Source of the DNA: Phoronis australis
Taxonomy: Eukaryota > Animalia > Phoronida
Direction: 5' to 3'
Assembly: GCA_002633005.1 (NCBI GenBank)
Contig: NMRA01000028.1
Span: 399,989-463,988 of the forward strand
Length of the DNA: 64,000 nucleotides
The position numbers and the translations under genes are program-made. Shown piece after piece: positions 1 to 11,758 of the stretch. Under the pieces are notes generated by a model that was not told the DNA's origin, searched no databases, and saw only the letters and a program-made list of their open reading frames with translations. Within the stretch, counting starts at the first letter, position 1, and each line of letters starts with the position of its first letter.

Positions 1-82
1 CCCAGATCACTAATGTATACACAGGTGAGATGGTATTATTTGTTTGAACAACCCAGTGGGTCAATGTCTCATTTAATTGTAG

Positions 83-3000
83 ACAATTGAGAGAAAAGCA
101 GGTTGGACCAATGTTGGTGATCTAGAGGGCTGCGTACATTTCAAGATTGTCAAGTATGAGCGAATCAAATTCCTGGTTATTGCACTCAAACACAGTGTGG
201 AAATCTATGCTTGGGCACCCAAGCCGTATCATAAGTTCATGGCATTCAAGGTATGTAGCTTTTGCTCCAGGTATTATTGTAATTATGTATCTTGTACCCT
301 CTGGTATTTAGGATCAGTTCCACCAGTCATTAACAAATTGCTTGAAGACTCAATGTTACGAGATCTAAGCTACCTTGTGCAAAAACATTGAAATATTTCT
401 TCGTTTTGTGATTTTTATGCGCCCACGTATACTATATGTGGCTGCATTTTGTTGTCACTTTGTTCTGTTGTCCAGGTATCTGCTCAATGTCTCAAAAACT
501 CCTAGTCGCATTTTGATTAAATTTGGCACAAGGGTGTAGGGAATCATTGGAATGGTTCATGCCCTTTTCAATGTGCCCCACCCCCTGGGGTCAGGAAGGC
601 ATAGCTTTTTATGTGCCCTCGTATTTATATGTGGGTACATTTTGACATCATCTCAGTCTGGGCGCCCAGGGTCCATGGCTGTATCACGTAAACCCCTTAC
701 AGGATTTTACTGGAGGACGACCAGTTTTGGACTGACCCGAAAACCTCTGTGCCCTCTAGTGGCAATTTTAGTTCTTTACATTTTCTCTGTATCTTCAAAG
801 GTCCTCGAGCGATTTTCATGAAATTTGGCATGTAAGCATTTATTAATGGGATTAGGCTATCCTTCCATTTTCGGATGGATTCGAGGCATTTTGCGTCATC
901 TAGTGGCCATTTTTACTATTTTTGAGTCTGTTTTGGCGTCTGCCCTTCTGTCAACCAAACCACTCTAAGGATGGTTGTGAAAATTGGCATATGTGTCCTA
1001 AGTGTGAAGAGGACTGTTGACAATAATTTTGCGATGACTTCAACAACTTAGGCGCCTCCTAGTGGCAGTTTTATTTTTTGTGCCCATAGCTGTATCAGGA
1101 TCTTTATATGAAGTTGACAATGGATGACGACGACTTTCAGACGGATCCAACGAATGCTCTGTACCGTAGTGGCAATTTCATTTTTTTACGTTTTCCTCTT
1201 TTTCTCTGATTCGACAACTGCAGTGCGTCGTAGTGGCCATTTTGTCTGAGAGTGTTTTCGGATGATTTGTAGAGTTTTCGGATGATATGTAGAGAACCAT
1301 GTGAAGGGTTTCAATGAAAGTTGACTCAGAGGTTTGTGATGACAATGCAGCGGCACTATTAAATTTTCGTTAGATTTGACCATTGTATTACTTCCTAGCG
1401 GCCATTTTGTTTTTGACATGGACTTTTGAGGGAGGAGCATTTCCGGTTGATATCTAAAGAACCAATCGACAGATTTCCTTGAAACATGATGTAGAGTTTT
1501 GTGATGACAATGTAGCAGCACCATTGTACTTTCATGATGATTTGGCCACTGTAGCACCTCCTAGTGGCCATTTTGTTTTTGATGTGGGCTTTTGGAGTTT
1601 TTTGGGGAAGAGTGTTTCCAAATGATATCTAACGAATTGATCAACAGATTTCATTGAAACTTTATACAGAGGTATGTTCTGAGTTGGTGCTGGCACCATT
1701 TGATTTTCGTCTGTATTTGACCCTGCAGCGCCTCCTAATGTCCATTTTGTGTGAGAGCTATACTGGATGATATGTAAATAACTGAGGTAAGGGTTTCAAT
1801 GAAAATTGACTCGAAGATATGCTTGGGCAATGCAGCGCCACCATTCAGTTTCCACTGCAGCACCCCTGGCCACTTAGTTCTCAACATTTCCGGATAATAT
1901 CTATATTACTGATTGACAAATTTCAAAGAAACTTTACTCAGCAGTATATGATGATAATGTGGCTGCATCATTTGATTTTTGGACTGATTGAACTATTTTA
2001 GCATCTCCTAGTGACCCGTAGAATCATATTAGATGCGACGTGGGTGCATGTCAACGCCCCAGTGGTGCACTTGTATGTTCATGATTGAAGCTCGTAAAAA
2101 CGGGAATTTTAAACCTTTTTAAAATAAACACCAGTATTCCTTGTTGTGATTTGCAAAATACGAATTGCTTTATACAGCTGATGTTAATTTTCCAACTTTT
2201 ACCACCTTTTCAGTCCTTTGGCGAACTTGTGCATAAGCCCCAGCTGGTGGACCTGACAGTTGAGGAAGGTCAAAGGTTAAAGGTCGTCTACGGCTCCAGT
2301 GTTGGCTTCCATGCCATTGACTTGGATTCAAACATAGTTTATGATCTATACATCCCATCACTGGTGAGCAAGTAGCACTGTACACACTGTGTCTGTTGAC
2401 AATTGTGCTCATGCATCTCTGTCTTAATCTGTTGTCTGTTGTCTTACATACCACATCCACTTCTCCATGACCAGCGTTTCCTGGTCCAATGAACACCCTC
2501 ACTATGACACTCTCTCATTCTCAGATACACTAATTCTTCACTTACTTCGCACAAAAATAATTGCCAAAAATGTCATTTTTTAAAATTTTTCTTACCATCG
2601 TTCCTCGGTGGCAAGTCTTGAGAGCTTTTACAAATGATGTTATTCTGTAACACGTACACATTACAAGCCAAGCTATCAATAATCAATATTTATTTTTGTT
2701 GTGAAATATGACAAAATGAAATTTCAATTAATTATGTGAAGAGTTAACTTTAGTTCAAATTAATTCCTGATATATGTTGCCTGTTGATGTTGTTCCTTGT
2801 TTGGAAATAGCCAACAGTTTTGAACCACATTCAAAATTTTTAACCACATTATTTTGAAATTTTTACAAAAATTTTGTTGTATAGCAAGTCTGTAGACAAG
2901 CTATGCTGTTCCGCTTAGCCTTGTTCATGTTTAGTCATAAACGGGACATTGTCGAAAACCATAGGCCGCTCTATTTTGCAAGTCTGCTCAAGTGCTCTCT

Positions 3001-6000
3001 GTTCATAATAATTTGTTCACAATGTGAATCCACAATCTGCAGTGTGTTTGTGTGTGTATGTGCGTGTGGGTGAGTCTGTACGTTCGTTTGTGGTGTGTGC
3101 GTGCGTGTGTGCGTCTGTGTGTGCGTGTGCGTGTCTGACTCCATTCTCTCCTCCTCATCTGTGAGTCTCCAGGTGACACTAACGCCACACTGTGTTCTGT
3201 TGCAGCTTTATTCCTCTATCCTCACAGCTGGTTATCAACAGTTCAGGGAACAGGTACATTGGCAACAAAACAGTTCCTTGGACCAATCAAATGCCATGCA
3301 AATAGAGTAAAGAGAGGAGGGGTTGGCCGGCACAGTCCAACGTATTGTTACCAAAATTTTAAGACATTTTTACATTTTCTCCAAGGCAGTCCTCAACTTT
3401 TCTAAGTAAATTTTTGTTTTGCTCAATTTTTGATGAGCAAACACATTATTCTTTTATAAAAGCAAGTTGAAGGGACATTGCTATTCTTGCAGCTGAAAAA
3501 CGCATTTTGGGATTGTTAGATGGAATAGATGTCTTGAAGTTTGACTAGAGTCTAATGTGATTTTGTGACTTCATTACAAGTCTCTAGTTCTTGCCATTGT
3601 CTGTCGAGACATTCAGTGAAATCAAGACCAGTGATTTTGCCAGTTATCAAGGAGAATTTTGTGCCCCATGCAGAGCGTTAGACTGTGATGACAGAAGTTG
3701 TAAGATTTGTTTCCACGCTGAGGCTTATCTCAGAAAATCTTGTTTTCTCGCCGATCATACCCATTTAAGTTAAACGTTCTTAAGTTATCAAAAACTCACT
3801 CCTTAAGGAACCCAACTTGGAAAAGAATAATTTTTTTTGATCATGTCTCAGACTGCTTGCTGGGAATTTTAAGAGTATGAAGAAGAAGCCAGAACTGTTT
3901 GCTGCTGAAAATATCCTCTCGACTTGGTCACCAAGGAACTGCGCATTACCCTCTAGTGTTACTGCTGCTTTCCATGATTTGTTATGATTTTGAATTTCCA
4001 AAATTTAGTTTTATGTCAAAAACATGAAACAAACCTCATGTGAATGCTAAACTGGTGGCTGTTTTTGACATTTGCTTTAAGGCTATTTTTAATTATGCAA
4101 ATGCATGGGGTTTTGTTTTGGGTTTTGTTTTGTAAATCCGGTCATTTTTGTTTGCATGGAAATGAAGTAGACTAATGGTTGTAAGTGTTTCCTACCCTGT
4201 AGTTGCTGTGAATTATGTTCTATTACTAACTGCAGTGTATATGTGGCGACTTTCTTATACCTGATATTTCATATTGAGTTGTGTGTCAGCAGTCATTTCA
4301 TTTAGGAAGGACTTCTGTTTACTTCTATTTCTACTGTGTAAATTGAAACTATCCTAGAAAGATGTACATTTAGCCGTGAAATTTAACTTAGAAAATGTGA
4401 ATCTTCCAAAAATTTCCATGACAATGCGTGGGTGTTCTCGGTTTTTATTAGTAAAACAAACAAGCATTCTCCTTGGGCACAGGTTGATGTGCTGATCTTG
4501 ACCTTGACCTTGAAGCTAGCACATGCCATTTCACTTTAATATACTAATCACATTTATTTTGGAATGATCCACAGATGCTTGTTCATAATGTTAGTTACCA
4601 TATTATTAACGAATTGTGCAGTGTTTGCCCAAGCCTGTGTTTATGCGTCATTTGATGTAACTAAGGTGATGAAAGTGCATTATTGAGTTTATAGGTGTGT
4701 CATCTTCACTCTAATTTCAAGAAAGAAAAGTAAAGATGAAATATAGAAATCATTCTTTTCATTTATGGGTTGTCATCCCATACTTTCCATTGAAGAAATA
4801 TCGCATATTTCGTTCGTTCTAAGCTGGTATGATTTTTAGACTGTAATCGTGGGGGCCCCAAGAAATTGGAATGGACCCCAAAAATTTTAGAAGGTGAATC
4901 CACTGGAGCCCACTGTTTTAAAATGTAGGGCGGACACTGGTTGTGGGGAGCATGGCTTGTAGTGTTTGCATGTGTAGTCCATGTTGTTAAGGACCATTTA
5001 CTGATGTTTAATATGTTCATCTGTGCTCAAGCAACTCTCTATCCAGAAATAGTTGCTGTTGTTGTTTTGTGTTGTTGTTTTTGTTGTTGTTGTCCCACTA
5101 GTGAGCACTTTCCCAGTTTGTACAGTTTGCTTTTATGCAACAACTACAGTGTCAATTTATGCAGCTAGTTCATTCAGTCACCTGTGCACTGATGTGGTTT
5201 AGTTCATTTAGCCACTTTCACTATAGACTTCGCTGTTTAGTTTACTCAGCCACTGTCCCATAATGCCTTGCCACTCATGAACGAGCGTTTCCCTTCCTTC
5301 CCTTCTTGATGTTCAGGTATTATGATGAATGAAATAGACTTTGGTGATACTTGCCACATGATTTCTGGTTTACATAAGGTGTTTCCTGTAGTTCCCTCAC
5401 TCTGGACTGAGAATAGCTGCTGTCTACAGGCTTCTGTTCAAAATGTGTTATATCCTGGCTTTACTTGGAATTGACCAAGTCAAGAGATTTCGCCAACTTT
5501 TATGTTGGTGATCTATTCCGAGTCATCAAGAATTGGAGAAAAACACCGGTTTGGCATGGCCTGTGAAGTTGGAATTGTTAGGAAGTGTTCATAACCTGGC
5601 ATGTCTTCTGAACATTCACTAAGTGNGTTCATTTAGCCACTTTCACTATAGACTTCGCTGTTTAGTTTACTCAGCCACTGTCCCATAATGCCTTGCCACT
5701 CATGAATGGAGCGTTTCCCTTCCTTCCCTTCTTGATGTTCAGGTATTATGATGAACGAAATAGACTATGGTGATACTTGCCACATGATTTCTGGTTTACA
5801 TAAGGTGTTTCCTGTAGTTCCCTCACTCTGGACTGAGAATAGCTGCTGTCTACAGGCTTCTGTTCAAAATGTGTTATTTCCTGGCTTTACTTGGAATTGA
5901 CCAAGTCAAGAGATTTCGCCAACTTTTATGTTGGTGATCTATTCCGAGTCATCAAGAATTGGAGAAAAACACCGGTTTGGTATGGCCTGTGAAGTTGGAA

Positions 6001-9000
6001 TTGTTAGGAAGTGTTCATAACCTGGCATGTCTTCTGAACATTCACTAAGTGACCCTTACTCTGTTGCAGACTCAAGGTCCTATTCAACCTCACACCATTG
6101 TTATACTGCCTAACACAAATGGAACACAGTTATTGTTGTGTTATGACAGTAAGTTGTCTTGTCATCATTGATTTTACGGTAGTTCTCCAATTATTTTGCT
6201 CAAATATAACTGCCACAATTGTCATTTTCAAAAATGAACTACTTTGCTGTAAATTATGGAAATTTTATCAAATTTTGTAACCTACTTTGGCACAGTACAA
6301 ACCATGTTAGTAATAGCTGTAGTAATTTTTTCTTTTAATACTAATTTTTTGTGGTTAAAGTTGACAAAATAGAATATCAATTGACAGCCATATTGTGTGC
6401 ATTGTTGAGTCAGTTTCAATGGTGCTTTGGAAACTTACCGTATTTTCAGTCTACATTTTACTGGATTTACAAAAGTGAAACAGAGAATGCTGTTTTAGCT
6501 CCTTTTTGTATAAGCAAAACTCATTACAAGCATTTTTATGCCTTCCCTCTCAGAAGGCTCAAACTCAATGGGAATAACAAAATTCATGAAGATGTTGGTA
6601 AGTCTGTGTCTATACTAACGGAATTTTGCATGTTGAGTCTTCGAACTCGTGCACTGAAGTGGTGCCAAAATTCCAAAATGTCTTAATTTGGTTAAGAAAG
6701 AAATAGTCTTCGAAAAGTTCAAACTCATTGCATAGGTTTTCAAACTCAACTCTTGTAAGCCAAACTTTTTAAAATGGAATTCAAACTCGGTACTGCAACA
6801 AGTTGACAGGTTTTGGAGAACAGTCTGACATTTTGCATTTTGCACATCACAAAATTCAAAAAGCAGTACTTCTAATCTGAGAGAGCTTTTATTAAACCAA
6901 TGACTTCATTCAATTTCAGATGAGGGTGTTTATGTCGACACTAAAGGTAAAATAACTAAGAACGTGGTGTTACAGTGGGGCGAACTGCCAACATCTGTGG
7001 GTGAGTGAGTTTGGCTTTCTCTGCAACAATATTCTGCCAAAAATGAATAGCACTAAACAGGACCAACTTTTATTGAAGTCATCGAATTTCTACTTTTTTT
7101 AGAATTCGTCGTTTTCAATTTGAAATGTTCAGAGACTTTATATTACTAATTGGAATTTGTATTTTTAAGTCGCTGCTGACAGATAAGAACTTTTCATAAA
7201 CATACAATTAGATTTATTTCACTTTTTATTGTCAAATTTGTTTCAATTGAAGGTTGGAATTATGAAGTTCCATCGATCACGTTTTAATGTGAAGTATCAG
7301 TCCATGATTTACAGTAGAAAATATATATCTGAAACTAAATAAGGCGATCCAGATCCTCCCAAGGATACTATTGTTTCAAGAAATGAAGAATATAAATCGG
7401 TAAATAAAACAACAAGAAAGGATCAACTGAAATTTGAAATTTTCGGATGTAACAACTTCCTTTATCAACAAAAACAGAAATAAAGTAAAATCAAACACAA
7501 AATGACAATTCACATATAAGATATGGTGTAATGAAAATGATACATTTTTGCGTAAAAAATTCAATGACATATTTTAAGAAGTTTTTATGTTCAATCCATG
7601 AGGTTCTATTGTATTCAGTTTGTCTATCCAATATTGTTCTCTTTTAAGTCTGTGAGGGGTACTGGGGTGTTGGAGTTTTTCTATTATTTGTACAGAAAGA
7701 TCTTGAATATTATGGTTTTTGGAATTGAAATGATTACCTATAGTATCAGAAATGTTTTTATGTATTATGTTAAATCTATGATTACGAAACCGAGTTTGTA
7801 GATTATGTTGAGTTTGTCCTACGTATTGGATAGAACATTTTTTACAAGTTATAAGGTAAATAANNNNNNNNNNNNNNNNNNNNNNNNNNNNNNNNNNNNN
7901 NNNNNNNNNNNNNNNNNNNNNNNNNNNNNNNNNNNNNNNNNNNNNNNNNNNNNNNNNNNNNNNNNNNNNNNNNNNNNNNNNNNNNNNNNNNNNNNNNNNN
8001 NNNNNNNNNNNNNNNNNNNNNAAATGTGTAACTTCATCAACGATAGCACTTTTTTCCAGTCTTCCCAAACCAATGAAAACTTTGAAATAAAACATTATTC
8101 TGATTGCACCACCAACAATATTATTTACCTTATAACTTGTAAAAAATGTTCTATCCAATACGTAGGACAAACTCAACATAATCTACAAACTCGGTTTCGT
8201 AATCATAGATTTAACATAATACATAAAAACATTTCTGATACTATAGGTAATCATTTCAATTCCAAAAACCATAATATTCAAGATCTTTCTGTACAAATAA
8301 TAGAAAAACTCCAACACCCCAGTACCCCTCACAGACTTAAAAGAGAACAATATTGGATAGACAAACTGAATACAATAGAACCTCATGGATTGAACATAAA
8401 AACTTCTTAAAATATGTCATTGAATTTTTTACGCAAAAATGTATCATTTTCATTACACCATATCTTATATGTCAATTGTCATTTTGTGTTTGATTTTACT
8501 TTATTTCTGTTTTTGTTGATAAAGGAAGTTGTTACATCCGAAAATTTCAAATTTCAGTTGATCCATTCTTGTTGTTTTATTTACCGATTTATATTCTTGA
8601 TTTACAGTGATACGCTTAGGTACTGTCGCGACGTAGCTGGGGGGGGTCCTCTGCAGGCCGCATCTCGAAAGTGAGGTGCATAGCAGGGCAACACCCTGAT
8701 GGGTGAGGGCAAACTACCGAGGGACAGCGCCAACATTAGTGAGGGGGAGGGGGGCTTGAGGTTGCGTGACATCGCTGGTGACAAGGGGGGGAGGGATCAG
8801 CTGTAGTACCCAAAATATCTGGCAATCGGGGGAGAGGATAGTAGCTGTGCCACTGAGGTACTGTAATATTCTTGGTGAATCTTTATGAAAATGTAAACCA
8901 TCACTAGTTAGAGTTAACTTAACAAGTGCTCTAAGGGTTTTACGATGTCCGATAATCTGTTGATGAGTTTTTCTGCATATGTCAACAAATATATTATGTT

Positions 9001-10366
9001 TCCAAGCACGTTGGAAATTTTTTGGGGGGGCATCATTTTCACTCTGCCACTATTTTCTCCTCCTGTCACCATGGTCTCCAACTTTGCCTCTGCGGGCTGC
9101 AAATTTTTTCATCTCCATTATGAAAAACAGACGAGGAAGCCACAAGCAATCAAATCTCACTTTGCCGAAGTTCACGATCTCTATACAGTCGGTCCCACGA
9201 CGGTGTATGGGGCACTCTTTGAGAATGTTATTTTTCGAGCATCTGGTAGTGAGTGTTAAATGACCCGGCTGACATCGTTTTGCAAGCGTGAGAACGATAC
9301 TGCCGCATTTAGCAAGTAAGCTTCAAGCTCAGGTCGCCAATGGCAATTTCAGCTCACAAAATGCAAGCTGGTACTTGCCAAATCAAACCGTGATACTGCT
9401 TCAGTTAAAATGCATGACATATTGTATTATTTATTTCAACCTAAATTGGTCGTGGCCAGATAATGAGCTGGGTTAATTAGAATATCAGAAAAGTGTTTAT
9501 CAAGAAATGTAATATACTCTACTATTGATTACAGCCTACATCAGTACTGGGCAGATAATGGGGTGGGGTAACAAAGCTATAGAGATTCGTGCTGCCGAGA
9601 CCGGACATTTAGATGGTGTCTTTATGCATAAAAAGGCACAGAAGCTCAAGTTCTTGTGTGAACGCAATGATAAGGTACATGGGTACTTAAGTTACATTAT
9701 TTGTCCTTAGCAATTCTACAGATAGGTTTGTGATAGAATTTTTAATGCCAAGTTTTTTACTACATTGAAAAAGTGTTGCCTGGCCTGTTTGTAACTGTAT
9801 TTGTTTTCTGGGTGACCACTGGTCCATCTCAGATTCTGCAGTATTTACCCACAATGCTATGCATCCGTAGGGCTCTTGGCACGCTGTTGTACTTTTGTGG
9901 TGCTAATTATTACTTTACTTTAAAATTTATTTGCTATTTGTCATTCTTGTTATAATTAAGTTTTACTCCTGCTTGGTGAGTTTCATTGAAGTGTTGAGTG
10001 ATGTTCGACAATTCTCTCACCATTTATCCAAATCGGCTCTTCTGTGTGTTAGTGGTAATACCTTTCAAACCTGTCAATGCATTTTTCTACCTCCTCAAAA
10101 GAGGAGAGCTGGATTTGGGATGTGAGAGTTGGATTATTTTATTGCACATTAGAAATTTTTAACAACTGTTTTGCAGACAAGCTAGTGGGCATGTGTTTAA
10201 GTGAACTTGATAATTTGTGTCTAAGGCTTTTCTGAAGACTTTGTATTAAGATTAGTAGTTAAGACTGTGTCTTACCTTACAGGTCTTCTTCTCGTCCATT
10301 CGTGGTGGTTCATCATGCCAGATTTATTTCATGACCCTCAACAAACCAGGCATGTCCAACTGGTGA
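83..10366 (+). CDS. msn: Ste20/GCK-IV kinase misshapen (MAP4K4/MINK1/TNIK family), C-terminal CNH domain; 5' part of the gene lies outside the window
   Basis: Six GT-AG exons in consistent phase: 83-250 ([56 protein letters not shown]), 2214-2363 ([50 protein letters not shown]), 6070-6148 ([26 protein letters not shown]), 6920-7000 ([27 protein letters not shown]), 9535-9674 ([47 protein letters not shown]), 10283-10366 ([27 protein letters not shown]). Recognised as the MAP4K4/TNIK/msn CNH domain. Confidence 0.97.
412..2074. mobile_element. Non-autonomous Helentron/HINE (DINE-1-like) element with internal tandem repeats
   Basis: Starts in a T-run. Subterminal inverted repeat ATGCGCCCACGT (417-428) / ACGTGGGTGCAT (2038-2049), then a short GC-rich stem and CTTGT. 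The interior is degenerate ~150-175 bp units marked by CTAGTGGC(C/A)ATTTT. Related to 20955-21997. Confidence 0.7.
3040..3136 (+). repeat. (TG)n/(TGCG)n microsatellite
   Basis: Direct reading of gtgtgt/gtgcgt runs. Confidence 0.9.
4619..4939. mobile_element. hAT-like MITE (degenerate)
   Basis: Imperfect TIRs CAGTGTTTGCCCAA ... TAGGGCGGACACTG (11/14). TSD is poorly preserved. Confidence 0.45.
5202..6051. repeat. ~425-bp tandem duplication across a single N (probable allelic/assembly duplicate)
   Basis: 5202-5625 and 5627-6051 are near-identical, with only a few substitutions and one indel, and are joined exactly at the N at 5626. Confidence 0.85.
7381..8603. mobile_element. Penelope-like retroelement 3' end (GIY-YIG endonuclease) present as a tails-out inverted pair around an assembly gap
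   Basis: 7381-7863 is the reverse complement of 8121-8603, with N-gap 7864-8021 between. The + strand ORF 8022-8410 encodes CNFI...[23 protein letters not shown]...RFRNH...NHFNSKNH...[17 protein letters not shown], the PLE GIY-YIG domain with its Cys/His motifs. Confidence 0.92.
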
Positions 10367-11666
10367 TTATCTGAGGACATCTAGTGGGAGCAGATAAGCT
10401 AGAAACAATGTTTATCAAGATCTGAGAGCAAGCACTTGTATTCCAATTTTTCACTGCTGTCAAATTGGACTTAGATACGAATTTTGTGGTTCATGGTCAG
10501 TGTTTCAGTGTATGATTTTGTCTTCATTGTTGGCAATTTTCATTTTTAATTACTGTCACCAATAAAAATAGGATTTTGCATAAAAGTGATGAAACTACCC
10601 GTTGTTAACTAAGCTTCATTTATGCTCACTGTAGTAATTATTGATGACATGAATTTAAGGCATAAACCTAATGCAACGCTATTATGATTGTGAGCAATAA
10701 ATAAAATATGCCTTTATTAATAGGTAGGCGCATTACCTATTGGGTGCAGTCTCTTTGCTTCCATTAAGTTTTAGCCTGTGTACAGTTGTTTGATATGTAA
10801 TTTCTACAACATAATTTTGTTACTTGGTTTTGTTGCATATTATAGTCATAATTGTGGATACGTAGGAGGCTAGTTCAGTATGACTCACTCTGTAGTAGAC
10901 AAGTATAGTCCAGTGTATGATGGCATGATTTGTTAAGAAGGTTCAGAATTATGGTAAAAATACTCCAGTTTGGGCCAAAATAACAGTAACTTTTCATGAG
11001 AATTCACTTCTTCATCTGGCATAGTTTGTGTGATGTATCTAATACCAAACAACATTTGGTAAAATTTTGAGCATCTCCAAGGATGTGGTAATCCTCTTAA
11101 AAACAGAAATATGGCAACTATAGCTATTGTTGTTGTGCCAAATTGAAGCACTTTTACCGTAGTCATATCAGATGGGTAATTGAGTGAAAGCCAAGTTTTC
11201 ATATCTTGCCATGGCCCAGCAATTTTGTGTCTGTGGATATATTTATGTTGTATAATTACCAATGAATCTGATGAGGCGCTGACAGGTTTTGTTCCATAAC
11301 CAGGTGGACCATCGAGAATGTATGTTAATGGGATAAAACCATGATTTTTAAAACAGGACACCTAAAAATTTTGAATGCCAGATCTGCTATGTAGCAATAT
11401 GTTATTTGATTTGACCAGTGGTGCGTGAAAGAGGTAACAAATGAGGCAACTATGATTCAGCCGCTGGAACACATGGTGTTTGTATTGTGTGACTTTCTCA
11501 TAGCCTCCTCAGACTTACTGTTTGAAGGTTTTTTGTTTTCATGAAAATCAACCAAAATATCTTTCACGGAAAGTAAATTACAACAAAGCGAAATAAAATT
11601 TCTTGAAAAGGTAGCCTTCTCCTTTCATTTTTGAAATATCGAACTCAGAAGTAGAAGGCCAAGGAC

Positions 11667-11758
11667 GAATTTGTCAGCCTAGGTATCGGTTTACAGAATT
11701 TGTCAGCCTAGGTATCGGTTTACAGAATTTGTCAGCCTAGGTATCGGTTTACAGAATT
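11667..11758 (+). repeat. 29-bp perfect tandem repeat x3 in the presumed msn 3' UTR
   Basis: Unit GAATTTGTCAGCCTAGGTATCGGTTTACA repeated three times plus GAATT, with no spacers. Confidence 0.95.

Noticed and set aside
1-30. Possible msn exon end at CAG|GTGAGA
   Set aside because: The translation does not match the expected upstream CNH sequence, the intron would be only 58 nt, and the window edge prevents assessment.
5315-5415. Box C/D snoRNA (ATGATGA ... CTGA) in an msn intron
   Set aside because: The terminal stem is out of register for a k-turn, there are no clear C'/D' boxes, and I could not identify a 10-nt or longer rRNA-complementary guide.
7574-8410. Two 201-aa ORFs on opposite strands
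   Set aside because: An artefact of translating through the N-gap of an inverted repeat. Only the GIY-YIG portion is real.
11667-11758. CRISPR-like 29-bp direct repeats
   Set aside because: The units are contiguous with no spacers, there are no cas genes, and the context is eukaryotic.
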